A DNA stretch of 64,000 nucleotides from Tubulanus polymorphus. Lineage: Eukaryota; Animalia; Nemertea. Made by a program: the position numbers and the translations under genes. The DNA lies in the NCBI RefSeq assembly GCF_964204645.1, contig NC_134032.1, positions 6,932,275 to 6,996,274 of the forward strand, in the 5' to 3' direction. This document shows positions 49,510-62,775 of the stretch, in pieces; within the stretch, counting starts at the first letter, position 1; each line of letters begins with the position of its first letter. Below the pieces are notes generated by a model that was not told the DNA's origin, searched no databases, and was given only the letters and a program-made list of their open reading frames with translations.

Positions 49510-52500
49510 GATTTTGATTTTGTCGCCCGCGACAATTCAATATTTTGGTTTTGTCGCCCACGAAAAATTCAATATTTTGGTTTTATCGCCCACGACAATT
49601 CATTACTTTGGTTTTATAGCCAGCGACAATTCATTATTTTGGTTTTGTCGCCCGCGACAATTCATTATTTTGGTTTTATATTTTTTTTTTGTTGCCCGCG
49701 ACAATTTTTTGTGTGGTTTTGTCGCCCGCGACAATTCAATATTTTGGTTTTATCGCCCGCAATAATTCATTATTTTGGTTTCATCGCCCGAGACAATTCA
49801 TTATTTTGGTTTTATCACCCGCGACAATTCATTATTTTGGTTTTGTCGCCCCGACAATTCTTTTTTGGTTTTGTCGCCCCGACAATTCTTTTTTGGTTTT
49901 GTCGCCCGCGACAATTCATTAGTTTGGTTTTGTCGCCCGCGACAGTTCAATATTTTGGTTTTATCGCCCGCAAAAATTCGTTACTTTGGTTTTATCTCCA
50001 GCAACAATTCATTATTTTGGTTTTGTCGCCCGCGACAATTCTACTTTTTGGTTTTGTCGCCCGAGACAATTCATTATTTTTTTTAAATATTTTTTTTTTA
50101 TCGTCCGCGACAATTTTTTTGGGTTTTGTCGCCCGCGAAAAATTCAATATTTTGGTTTTATCGCCTACGACAATTCATTACTTTGGTTTTATCGCCAGTG
50201 ACAATTCATTATTTTGGTTTTGTCGCCCGCAACAATCCTTCTTTTTAGTTTTGTCGCCCGCGACAATTCATTATTTTGGTTTTATATTTTGTTTTTGTCG
50301 CCCGCGACAATTTTTTTTTGGTTTTGTGGCCCGCGACAATTCAATATTTTGGTTTTATCGCCTGCAACAATTCAATATTTTGGTTTTATCGCCCGCGATA
50401 ATTCATTATTTTGGTTTTGTCGCCCGCGACAATTCATTATTTTGGTTTTGTCGCACGAGACAATTCATTATTTTGGTTTTATCGCCCGCAACAATTCATT
50501 ATGTTGGTTTTGTTGCCCGCGACAATTCATTATTTTGGTTTTGTCGCACGTGACAATTCAATATTTTGTTTTTCTCGCCCGCGACAATTCATTATTTTGG
50601 TTTTGTCGCCCGCGACAATTCACCATTTTGGTTTTGTCGCCCGCGACAATTCACCATTTTGGTTTTGTCGGCCGCGACAATTCATTATTTTGGTTTTATC
50701 GCCCGCGACAATTCATTATTTTGGTTTTATCACCCGCGACAATTCATTATTTTGGTTTTGTCGCCCCGACAATTCTTTTTTGGTTTTGTCGCCCGCGACA
50801 ATTCATTAGTTTGGTTTTGTCGCCCGCGACAATTCAATATTTTGGTTTTATCGCCCGAGACAATTCATTATTTTTTTTAAATATTTTGTTTTTATCGTTA
50901 CTTTGGTTTTATCTCCAGCAACAATTCATTATTTTGGTTTTGTCGCCCGCGACAATTCTACTTTTTGGTTTTGTCGCCCGAGACAATTCATTATTTTTTT
51001 TAAATATTTTGTTTTTATTATTACAATTCATTATTTTGGTTTTATATTTTGTTTTTGTCGCCCGCGACAATTTTTTTTTGGTTTTGTGGCCCGCGACAAT
51101 TCAATATTTTGGTTTTATCGCCTGCAACAATTCAATATTTTGGTTTTATCGCCCGCGACAATTCATTATTTTGGTTTTGTCGCACGAGACAATTCATTAT
51201 TTTGGTTTTATCGCCCGCAACAATTCATTATGTTGGTTTTGTTGCCCGCGACAATTCATTATTTTGGTTTTGTCGCACGTGACAATTCAATATTTTGGTT
51301 TTGTCGCCCGAGACAATTCATTATTTTGGTTTTATCGCCCACGACAATTCATTACTTTGGTTTTATCGCCAGCGACAATTCATTATTTTGGTTTTATATT
51401 TTGTTTTTGTCGCCCGCGACAATTTTTTTTGTGGTTTTATCGCCCGCGACAATTCAATATTTTGTTTTTATCGTCCGCGACAATTCATTATTTTGGTTTT
51501 GTCGCCCGAGACAATTCATTATTTTGGTTTTATCGCCCGCGACAATTAATGATTTTGGTTTTGTCGCCCGCGACAATTCATTATTTTGGTTTTATCGCCC
51601 GCGACAATTCATTATTTTGGTTTTATCGCCCGCGACAATTCAATATTTTGGTTTTGTCGCCCGCGATAATTCATTATTTTGGTTTTGTCGCCCGAGACAA
51701 TTCATTATTTTGGTTTTATCGCCCGCGACAATTCAATATTTTGGTTTTGTTGCCCGCGAAAAATTCAATATTTTGGTTTTATCGCCTACGACAATTCATT
51801 ACTTTGGTTTTATCGCCAGCGACAATTCATTATTTTGGTTTTATCGCCCACGACAATTCATTACTTTGGTTTTATCGCCAGCGACAATTCATTATTTTGG
51901 TTTTGTGGCCCGCGACAATTCAATATTTTGGTTTTATCGCCTGCAACAATTCAATATTTTGGTTTTATCGCCCGCGACAATTCATTATTTTGGTTTTGTC
52001 GCACGAGACAATTCATTATTTTGGTTTTATCACCCGCAACAATTCATTATGTTGGTTTTGTTGCCCGCGACAATTCATTATTTTGGTTTTGTCGCACGTG
52101 ACAATTCAATATTTTGTTTTTGTCGCCCGAGACAATTCATTATTTTGGTTTTATCGCCCACGACAATTCATTACTTTGGTTTTATCGCCAGCGACAATTC
52201 ATTATTTTGGTTTTATATTTTGTTTTTGTCGCCCGCGACAATTTTTTTTGTGGTTTTATCGCCCGCGACAATTCAATATTTTGTTTTTATCGTCCGCGAC
52301 AATTCATTATTTTGGTTTTGTCGCCCGAGACAATTCATTATTTTGGTTTTATCGCCCGCGACAATTAATTATTTTGGTTTTGTCGCCCGCGACAATTCAT
52401 TATTTTGGTTTTATCGCCCGCGACAATTCATTATTTTGGTTTTATCGCCCGCGACAATTCAATATTTTGGTTTTGTCGCCCGCGATAATTCATTATTTTG

Positions 52501-53465
52501 GTTTTGTCGCCCGAGACAATTCATTATTTTGGTTTTATCGCCCGCGACAATTCAATATTTTGGTTTTGTTGCCCGCGAAAAATTCAATATTTTGGTTTTA
52601 TCGCCTACGACAATTCATTACTTTGGTTTTATCGCCAGCGACAATTCATTATTTTGGTTTTATCGCCCACGACAATTCATTACTTTGGTTTTATCGCCAG
52701 CGACAATTCATTATTTTGGTTTTGTCGCACGTGACAATTCAATATTTTGTTTTTGTCGCCCGAGACAATTCATTATTTTGGTTTTGTCGCCCGCGACAAT
52801 TCATTATTTTGGTTTTATTGCCCGCGACAATTCATTATTTTGGTTTTATCGCCCGCGACAATTCAATATTTTGGTTTTGTCGCCCGCGATAATTCATTAT
52901 TTTGGTTTTATCGCCAGCGACAATTCATTATTTTGGTTTTATCGCCCACGACAATTCATTACTTTGGTTTTATCGCCAGCGACAATTCATTATTTTGGTT
53001 TTGTCGCACGTGACAATTCAATATTTTGTTTTTGTCGCCCGAGACAAATCATTATTTTGGTTTTATCGCCCACGACAATTCATTACTTTGGTTTTAACGC
53101 CCGGGGACAATTCATTATTTTGGTTTTATATTTTGTTTTTGTCGCCCGCGACAATTTTTTTGTGGTTTTATCGCCCGCGACAATTCAATATTTTGTTTTT
53201 ATCGTCCGCGACAATTCATTATTTTGGTTTTGTCGCCCGAGACAATTCATTATTTTGGTTTTATCGCCCGCGACAATGAATTATTTTGGTTTTGTCGCCC
53301 GCGACAATTCATTATTTTGGTTTTATCGCCCGCGACAATTCATTATTTTGGTTTTATCACACGCGACAATTCAATATTTTTGTTTTATCGCCCGTGACAA
53401 TTCATTAGTTTGGTTTTATCGCCCGCGACAATTCATTAGTTTGGTTTTGTCGCCCGACAATTCTT
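49510..53465. repeat. 31-bp satellite array (unit 3, expanded, with higher-order repeat)
   Basis: Same unit; variant patterns recur at an 819-bp offset (51295/52114, 51679/52498). Confidence 0.95.
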
Positions 53466-54753
53466 TTTCAGTCCACTTGGGACTTAAGTCCCAGCGGGCT
53501 ATTGTGTTCACTTTTCGTCCGTCCGTCCGTCCGTCCGTCCGTCCGTCCGTCCGTCCGTCCATAGACGGAATCCAGTTATTTTTGGAAGTTTTGAAGACGC
53601 TTCAAGGTAATGTCTTGATATTTGGTTTATACATGTATCTACCCTAGACACATCGTCAGCCCAAAAACTGGCCTTGTCAGATTCAAGATGGCCGACTGGC
53701 AGCCATTGTTGTTTGCCAAAATCAGCACTTTTTAAACATTTTCGAAGTTTTCGTGGGAAATTTTGAAGACGCTTTGATCAATTACCTTGATCTTTCGTTT
53801 ATATTTGAATCTACCAAAGGCCCATCAGCATAAGAAAATTGGGTCGATCTGACTCAAGATGGCCATCCTATGACCTTTTTAGTGCCCAAAAATGTAAATT
53901 TTGGCCAGAATTCTAGGTCCTGTAGCTTCCTACTGGTTTGCCATTTCTCATTGCAATTGCTGATGGGTATTCCTTAGAGAGGGATGTTTTATACCTGGGA
54001 CAGGTATTTTTGATCAGCCAATTATGACGCAATTGGCGGCCATCTTGGTGTCATCAGTACTCATTCGTAGGTGGGAAAAAGTTTTTCCACATTAAATCGA
54101 TACCTAAGTATATTGTGTTACTATATTCAATTGGAAAGTTGTAGCCCATAACGTGTTCTATGATTTTGGTGAGTTTCAAGGTCATTGGTTTTAGTATGTG
54201 GCCATCAGGGGGCGTTGAATAATACAATAACTTAGTATTGCTATATTATATTTGTACCAAGGCATATTTTGTTACCATGATCAATTGCGAAGTTGTAGTT
54301 CATGACATCGTCTATGATTGTGGTGAGTTTTTAAGGACATTAGTTATTCCATATAGTCACCAGGGGGCGTTGAATAGTAGAATGGCTTAGTATTTCCTTA
54401 TTAGATTGGTACCTAGGCATATTTTGCTACTATGATCGATTGCAAAGTTGTATTTCATGACATGTACTACAATTGTGGTGAGTTTTAAGGTCATTGGGTT
54501 TTGCATATGGTCACCAGGGGCGTTGAATAATAGAATAACTTAGTATTTCCATATTAAATTGGTAACGAGGCATATTTTGTTATCACAATCAATTACAAAA
54601 TCATAGCTGCTCCCATGTTCTATGATTGTGGTGGGTTTCAAGGTCATTGGTTTTTGTATATGGTCACTAGAGGGCGTTATGTATTGAAATTGTTAGATTG
54701 TTGAGCATTTGAAACCACTTCCCAAGTGAGCATGGTGTCCCTGGACCCCTAGT
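53466..54753 (+). mobile_element. HINE/DINE-1-like non-autonomous Helentron inserted in the satellite
   Basis: 5' CACTTGGGAC-TTAA-GTCCCA, (GTCC)n at 53517-53560, internal ~160-bp repeats, 3' CCCAAGTG subTIR, T-rich target. Confidence 0.8.
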
Positions 54754-55450
54754 TTGGTTTTGTCGCCCGCGACAATTCATTATTCTGGTTTTGTCGCACG
54801 CAAAAATTCAATATTTTGTTTTTGTCGTCCGCGACAATTCAATATTTTGGTTTTAACGCCCACGACAATTCATTATTGTGGTTTTAACGCCCGCGACAAT
54901 TCATTATTTTGGTTTTATCGCCCGCGACAATTCATTATTTTTGTTTTGTCGCCCGTGACAATTCAATATTTTGGTTTTGTCACCCGCGACAATTCATAAT
55001 TTTGGTTTTGTCGCCCGTGGTTTTGTCGAAACATTAAGTTTTTTGGTCGAACAGTGTGTTAAGGTCGTTTTGGAAATTTACTCGGTCTGGTATATTTTGG
55101 ATTACTGTGTATGTCATTTGTCAGGACATTAAACAGAAGACGACTTAGGATACTACCTTGCGTGACTCCACTAGTTAGACCGTCTCATTCCAAGATGAGG
55201 CGTTCCGTTGATTTCGGTTACAAGTTTCCGTTCAGAGATAACTGCTGAGCCATTTGGGCGACCTATCATTGATACTGTTTCCTAATAGCCTCTTTAGTAA
55301 TGGCTGATGTTGAGCCTTATCAAATGCTTTGTTGAAATCCACCGTTGAACAGGATTCTAAGACTGTGCAGAAAACCCGTTATCGCTGCTTTTTTCATAGT
55401 AAGCCTCCTAGAATTATTGTATCAGCTGAAAATTCTGAATCTGATGAACT

Positions 55451-55819
<369 letters not shown>

Positions 55820-55852
55820 TAAGTTGGTCCCTTGAGCAAAAGAAATGGAAAA

Positions 55853-57460
55853 ATGTCGGATTTGGAAAGTTTGAAAGCTATAAGGACTGCTCAGCGCAAA
55901 GTCTTGACAAGGTACGTGAATGATGCAAAAGTGATTCTTTCTATCAATAACCCTGAAGACGTTCAAAAACTGTCGAATATAGCCGATAAAATACGGTCGA
56001 AATTACATGTGTTTTCAACGAACCACGATGAAATTATTCCGTTGTTGTCTGCAGTAGACATCGAAAAAGTATTCGAGGAACACGACCGATACGAAGTGAA
56101 TGCTGAAAGTACTCTTTACGAAATTTCTGGTTTTTCAAGTCGCCAGTCTCAGTCGAATCTCAGTATATCAGAATTTAAACACGTACAATTACCGAAACTT
56201 CAATTACCCAAATTTAATGGTAACGTTCTCGATTGGAATAATTTCTGGGATTCATTTGATTGTGTCGTCCACAAACGTCATGACTTATCAGAGGTTGATA
56301 AGTTCACCTATTTGAAATCATGTTTGATAGGACCAGCGTTGTCTAGTATTGCAGGATTGTCGTCGTCCGGCGGCGGAACGTATTCTCATGCCGTTAAAAT
56401 CCTTCAAGATCGTTTTGGTCAATCCAGACGATTGATTCATGCGTATATGGAAGCAATGTTAGAAATTAATAAACCATCGTATACCGCTGCTAGTCTTAGA
56501 TTGTTCTATGATAATATGAATATGTATGTGCGCTCACTTGATACATTGGGTAAAAAATCCGAATCGTACGGGGATATGCTAGTTCCGGTAATTTTGAAGA
56601 ACTTACCACTACCTGTAGTTCAAAATATTTCTCGAGGTCGCTCGGTCAAAGACTGGACTCTAGACGAATTATTACTGTCCTATCTAATGAGCTCGATTTA
56701 CTGGAGCTGTATTCTAATAATTCTACTGAATCACAAGATGTCCAATTTTCTACATTTTTGACAAAAACCCAGTCAGGAGTAAATTCTGGTAGTAAATTCA
56801 ATAGATTCAGTAAATATCCTCGTACGAGTCGTAATTGTGTATATTGTTGCGAAAATCACGCGTCCGTGAACTGTCAGAAGTATTCAACAGTCGAGGACAG
56901 ATTTAAGTTTGTGAGCGATAATCGTTTATGTCGTAACTGTTTACGTTCTGATCATTTTGTCATTTTTTGTAAATCTGAGATTCGATGTAAGATATGTCAC
57001 GGAAAACATCATATAAGTTTATGTTTGAAAGAATTGGCCATTAGTTCTCCGAAAGGTTCGAACTTACACTCGGGTAAACCTATGATTGCTTCACACCTCA
57101 GCGATCGCGCGCAATCATGTGATTCGCCAACTAGGAATTCGCCCACTAACCGTCATTCACATGCTACTAGCGATTTGCCTTTAACACCATTGAAAAGAGT
57201 TTCTGATTTACCGCAGAAACGTATTGAGTCTACAACAACTGTTATTCAGAGCCAATCGAATTGTATTTTGCTCAAAACTGCGGTACTTCATGTTTCTGGT
57301 GATAACGGTATATCGTCTGAAATGAATGCATTGTTCGATGACGGTTCACATCGTACTTTTATATCAAAGAATTTTGCTGAATTTTTGGATCTAAAACCAA
57401 TACGTACCGAAGTTGTTAATATTTCTGGTTTCGGTAGTAGTGATGAAAACAATTCTGATC
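55853..57460 (+). pseudogene. BEL/Pao Gag-protease, frameshifted and truncated by a Gypsy insertion
   Basis: LPKLQLPKFNGNVLDWNNFWDSF (DUF1759-like); three Cys/His knuckles; protease ALFDDGSHRTFI. Confidence 0.9.
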
Positions 57461-58749
57461 GTCGTTTAGGATCACTAGATATTGATCCACAGCTAGATTT
57501 TCGTAGTATTTGAAAATGTTTCGTAGTATTTAGAAATGTTCTTAATGTTGTTTCCGTATGCGTGGGGGTTACGTTAAAGCCGTCAGACAAGAACGTACTA
57601 GTAGTAAGAATTACGAAAGTTCTTGTTTGATGCTTTCATCTACCAACTCAAACCATAAATCAGTCTATAAACAACAATTCTTTCTCGGTTCTTCTGCTGT
57701 GAGATCTGTGGCAAACATTCAGAAAATCTTTATATAAAACTTTTAAATAGTTGGAACCGTATTTGGTTGGGTCGGAACAATGGAGTGTATTTATAATGAG
57801 GCTCGTGAAGGGATCACGCTGATACTTGATGATATTCCCGGCTACGTTCCGTAAAAGGAAAAACCGGAAGTTTAGGAAGATGTGGTTGTTTTGCTTATCC
57901 TGTATTAAAATAGAATTAGTTAAATTGTAGATAAAATAATTATATAAGTATTTCAAATAATTTAAGAATTGATAATCAATCACAATGTATTCCGAATCGT
58001 AGTTAATTATAATAATTAAAAAAGAAACAATGAATTTGTACTGTAATTAGAAAAGAAAACAAAGTTTTGAAAAGATATTTAATTTGAGTAATCTAGATGT
58101 TGTTTAAGAACAAATTGTTAATAATCGTTAATGTTTTAGAAAAATTAATTTGAGGTTAAATGTTAAAACTAGCTGTCTGAAGTTTCTGTTGTCTGTATGC
58201 GCTCGTTGGTTATTCACAGACAATAGCTGCTCTCTCAACAACGACTAGCAAGGAGTGAGTAAATCACAACGCGTCATGACAGGAGGGTTGGAAGAAAAAG
58301 TTTATATCAGCATATCAGTTTCTAAAAAACCTTTAGATCAGCAAATCAGTAGGGCTAAATTTTCCGTAACTAAAAACGGTCATGACAGTTGGGTAGCTGC
58401 TCCTTGCCAAAAAGCGGAAGACCCTGCGTGGGAGAATCGGAATTCTGAGAATGCCGGTTCTTTCTACAAAAGGGGGCTGCTATCGAGAGAGAGGAGAGAA
58501 TCTGTACCTTAGTAAGACGAGTGTCGACAGCAGGACAGGAGAAGCTTCGGAACGATAGGGATTCATATACAATAGGGATTAGGAAAATCATTCTTTGTTC
58601 AAGGTAAATAAAATATATTATCTTCAATATTATCATCCGGTATTTCAATTTATTCATTCGGATTTGTGCACGGACACGTTCTCTCGCCAGGGCCTTACTC
58701 AAGTATTTTATAGATAACGATTAAAGAGAGGATTGTGACCGGTGTATCA
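57456..58749 (+). repeat. Probable 5' LTR of a Ty3/Gypsy element (start uncertain: 57456 or 57820)
   Basis: Ends TGTATCA one base before the PBS; BEL coding stops at ~57460; candidate starts TGAT (57456) and TGATAC (57820). Confidence 0.5.
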
Positions 58750-58750
58750 C

Positions 58751-58769
58751 TGGTGCCGAAACCCGGGAT
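58751..58769 (+). promoter_or_regulatory. Primer-binding site complementary to the tRNA-Phe 3' end
   Basis: TGGTGCCGAAACCCGGGAT; partial second copy at 58783-58796. Confidence 0.85.
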
Positions 58770-59375
58770 ATCGGTGTATCACTGGTGCCGAAACCCATAC
58801 TGTTTAGTTCAGTTGTGCCGGAAACTTTTGCATTAGTAATTAATTGTTGTTCAAATGGTACACATTTTTATATGCTCACATTGTGGTGCGAAGAACGCAT
58901 TTTCTAAGAAGCGCCGCGCTACAACCAGCCCGACATTCGAAAAGCTACTGTGGGAGTCGAACCCACCTCAAACGAAACCATTTGAAATTCCGGTGGAGTT
59001 TTGGGAACCATTGTGGGATTCGAACCTACTGCCAACTCCGGTCGTCCCTGTTGAGACATTGCGGGATTCGAACCCGCTAAGTGCACGACCATTTGAGATT
59101 CCGGAGGAACTTCGAGAGCCGTCGTGGGATTCGAACCCACCACTGCACGCTCATGTACCGGAGGAGTGTCGGGGACCTCTGTGGGATTCTAGCCCACTCG
59201 CCATGCAGGTCGACACCGATGGGGCTGCACTACAGCCATTGAGGGGTTCGAACCCTCCGCCTTTTGAATTGCCAAAACCGTCCAGCCAGGATTGGGAATC
59301 GAACCTACATCTGTTTTTTTGAGTTGGACATTTTTAAAATGTTATTTTAGATTAGTATTCGATTAAAGATATACA

Positions 59376-60009
59376 ATGTCGACTGGAGGGGAGACGACGT
59401 ACGGTGCGGGTGGCTCACGGGAGCGATCCGCTGTAAGCAACGACACTGTTCTGCAGGCCCTCTCTGGCCTTCGCGAACAGGTGGACACAGCCACGGCGTT
59501 CATGAATTTCTCTTTGCTCCCTAAATTTACGGGACGAGACGACCAGTGCGTCTCTGATTGGTTCAAAGGATTTGACCGTTTGGCCGATCTAAGAGGTTGG
59601 AACGATGACGCTAAAAAGAAACAGTTGTATTGGTTTTTGGCTGGCCCGGCCCTAATCTTATTTAATGATCTTCGCATTGATCAGGGAACCGATGCGGCCG
59701 GTGGCAAAGTTGTCACTCCCTGGGTAAATATTGTCCGTGCGTTTTGCGCGCAATTTAGCCCCACCTCGTGGGCTTTGGTCAAGGAGTCGGCTTTGACGAC
59801 GATGCGACAGGGGGAGACACAACCGGTCGATAGGTTTGCGGAAGAGATTGATCGTGTGGCCTCGAGTTTGAAATTTTCGGACCACCAGAAAAAGATGTTA
59901 CTAATTAACAACTCTCGCCCTGACATCTCTGTCTACCTGTTGTCACAGCGTCCGACGACATTTAGGGATGCATGGGAGGCAGCCAGAATGGCGGAGCATA
60001 TCGAACAAC
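59376..60009 (+). pseudogene. Ty3/Gypsy Gag (capsid), truncated by element 2
   Basis: LPKFTG...DWFKGFDRLA..GW...LAGPA, RQGETQPVDRF (MHR-like), PTTFRDAWEAARMAE; the stop codon comes from the inserted AGTAA. Confidence 0.85.
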
Positions 60010-60278
60010 AGTAATAGGGATAATAGGCTTTCAAGCCAAAGGTCGAACGGTCGAGCTCGTAAAAAATGAAAAAACATAAAAATAATTACAATTTCTACTT
60101 GAATTACTCGCGAAACTCATAAAAATGAAAAATTAATTCTCACACGCTCGAATTAATTTTTCATTTTTATGAGTTTCACTCCTAATTCAAGTAGAAATTG
60201 TAATTATTTTTATGTTTTTTCATTTTTACTCACCCGCCCGTTCAACCTTTAGCTTGAAAGCCTATTATCCCTATTACT
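60010..60278. repeat. 269-bp imperfect palindrome at the element-2 terminus
   Basis: Arms 60010-60139 and 60150-60278, 10-nt loop, two internal bubbles. Confidence 0.93.
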
Positions 60279-60358
60279 CTTAAAATATTCATATATATGA
60301 ATAACATTTAAATCATTGAACTTCTAAAATCAATTTTAATAAAAAATATAGTATTAAA

Positions 60359-60685
60359 ATGGAAGCAAATAAGTACTACTGCCCAACATGTAATATCGAT
60401 ATAGATAAATCCCAAAAAGCAAGACACAATAAAACTAGAACACATTTAGAGAATAAATTGAAACTAGAATATTTACAGTTATATTCAGAACAGTTAACAA
60501 AGGGAAAGAAATTTATTGAATTATAGAATAATGATCCAAATAATGAACAATACGTTGAGGAATTTGATATCAAGGAATCGAAACAACTTATCAAAAGCAG
60601 CGAGGAATGAAAAAGGATGACGTTGGTCGAAGAAATGGAAGAGGATTCTAAAATGTTAACCAATTTAGTAAAAAAATACGTATAA
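60359..60685 (+). pseudogene. C2H2 Zn-finger protein with two in-frame stops
   Basis: YYCPTCNIDIDKSQKARHNKTRTH, similar to the first finger of element-1 pPolB. Confidence 0.65.
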
Positions 60686-60688
60686 TAA

Positions 60689-61339
60689 ATGGAACCAGAA
60701 CAACCACAAATTATCAATATTACAAATAACACTGGCGTTATAAACATATACTACAAGAAGTGTTCTAAATGTGAATTAGATAAATCATTAACAGAATTTA
60801 GTAAGCGTAAGATTAGCAAAGATGGTTTTCAATATTGCTGTAAAACTTGTTTTAAACTATACACCAAACAATACCGAGAAGATAATATAGAACATTATAA
60901 TTATTATATGGCAGAATATATGAGAGAAAGATATCAAACAGATCTTAATTTTAGATTGAAACAATGTTTACGGTCTAGATTAACACAATTATTCAATAAA
61001 GAAACACATTCAGAAACATTATCTAATTTATTGGGTTGTTCAGATGAATTTCTCATATCATGGATAATATATCAATTCGATGATAAAATGAATATAGATA
61101 ATTATGAGGAATACTTTCATATTGATCATGTGTTGCCGATTTCTAAATTTAACATGAATGATGAATACAATAAAAAACTTATTTGGGGTTGGAGAAATTT
61201 AAGGCCTCTTGAAAAGAAAGAAAACATAATTAAATCTAATAAACTAGATATACAGTTATATTTAGATCAACTGGATAAAGCAAAGACATTTGTTGAATTA
61301 TGGAATTCAACACATAATGAAAAATACGTTGAATGTTAA
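60689..61339 (+). CDS. HNH-family endonuclease (giant-virus type) with N-terminal Zn ribbon
   Basis: KKCSKC...KDG...CKTC; FHIDHVLPIS...WRNLRPL...NIIKSNK. Confidence 0.8.
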   Translation: MEPEQPQIINITNNTGVINIYYKKCSKCELDKSLTEFSKRKISKDGFQYCCKTCFKLYTKQYREDNIEHYNYYMAEYMRERYQTDLNFRLKQCLRSRLTQLFNKETHSETLSNLLGCSDEFLISWIIYQFDDKMNIDNYEEYFHIDHVLPISKFNMNDEYNKKLIWGWRNLRPLEKKENIIKSNKLDIQLYLDQLDKAKTFVELWNSTHNEKYVEC

Positions 61340-61733
61340 ACGCTTAGAAAACCGGTTACTCTCGATCTATGTCAAACCGCCTATATTTAATTGTATTAGG
61401 TTGTTTACAAAAACATCTGCGCCGTATTTCATATTCAGTTGAATGGGGCGCACCTCATTTGAATATTGATCGAACGTGCTATTTCAGTTGAAAAGGATTA
61501 ATCAATTATATTACAAAAGAAGGAACATCTGTTGCACCAGATGGTGTTAAGCTAGTGAATAACTACCAGTTATAAACGCGCAGCACATAAGCATAGGAAC
61601 GTATTGGATATTCTCTCTCAAAACACAGTTTACAGTTCTAAATCTAAATGTAAGTAAATATATTATGAAGTAGGGAAACCTTTAAACATATTTAAGTACA
61701 GTAATTCATTTTCACGATATCTTTTAGATTAAA

Positions 61734-62006
61734 ATGGAACACAAAGATCGACCAGAAATTCTAAGCCAACCAACGTATGAGGAACCAGAAACGATAGATA
61801 GTGAAACTCAGGAATCAATAGAAATGGAGGATGAAACTCTCGTAATTGACGAACAAACTTCACAAACATTACAAGAACATTTGGACTATCATCAAGAAAT
61901 GGTGAAAATTCTGAGTGATGTAATACATAATAAACAATTACCGCGCGAACTACAATTACCAAAATTACCAGCAACGCGACTTAAATTGCTGTTGGGACTC
62001 AAATAA
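61734..62006 (+). CDS. Hypothetical acidic protein
   Basis: 90-aa ORF with TTAAAATG start, inside element 2. Confidence 0.4.
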   Translation: MEHKDRPEILSQPTYEEPETIDSETQESIEMEDETLVIDEQTSQTLQEHLDYHQEMVKILSDVIHNKQLPRELQLPKLPATRLKLLLGLK

Positions 62007-62460
62007 TCGAGAACTAAGAAAAAGAACATAGATATCAGTGCCGGTTTTGAAAGAAAACTGAGAAGAGTAGGTAGATTAATAAAATATGAAAAATTCAAAA
62101 TATTAGGATTAGCATTTAGTGAAGTAGTAAGACATTTACCAGAAATTGAAGAAATGATTGGAAACAATCCAGTAATTAAAGAATTCTGGACAAAATTATA
62201 AATTATAATACTGAAGGTCTTTGTAATATAGATATCAAAAAATGTAATCTCGATTGTATATATCTGTTTTAATATTGTATTGTTTACTGTTAACTAAGTA
62301 TTGCGCAATAACCGGTCCGATTGAACCGCTTTTCTATTGTTCTCCATTGTTCTATTATCGATCGCTAAAATTTACATAATAAATATATGTGTTTATGAAA
62401 TTAGATTTCCACCAGTCGTTTCTTTGAATTTATTTTCAGTTTGAGGATTTATTATCGAGG

Positions 62461-62529
62461 ATCCGAAATGACTTATCTGGACAGTTATAATTACTGCTCC
62501 TAATAGATAGACAATAGTAGTGAGATATT
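62461..62529. ncRNA. Conserved structured non-coding element (copy 2)
   Basis: Reverse-complement match to 47627-47691. Confidence 0.55.
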
Positions 62530-62775
62530 AAATCCTAATTTAAATAAAATATAATAAAAAAACAATAACTTCAACTAGCTAGTCAATTCTATTATATTTT
62601 CAATATTTTCTTTTGGTAATTCTAATTGACATTAGATTGAATAGATTTTGAATAGATTTGAATAGAAATTCTTTAACTTTAACTAACCTAGTCAATTTAG
62701 TATTAACCTAAAGAGATACTAGTATCATTTGAAGAATATTTATAATATTTTTTTTGCTTTTTTCCTCTAATATAA

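Larger units (their letters stand above)
25801..55390 (+). mobile_element. Head-to-tail array of three non-autonomous Helentron-like (HINE) units, with nested insertions
   Basis: 5' end TAGGGTTTTCTG...CAGAAAACCCTA plus (ATT)n at 25801-25928; 3' end CAGAAAACCC plus hairpin GCTGC-TTT-GCAGC at ~30069-30099 and ~48431-48459, partial at ~55368-55389; the ~1.1-1.3-kb body recurs at ~25930, ~30120, ~48475. Confidence 0.75.

Noticed and set aside
49420-53647. Very long ORFs (377, 892, 914 aa) and similar ORFs at 27235-28615 and 31430-32795
   Set aside because: Translations of the 31-bp satellite, which mostly lacks stops on the plus strand; the same peptide cycles through all three frames
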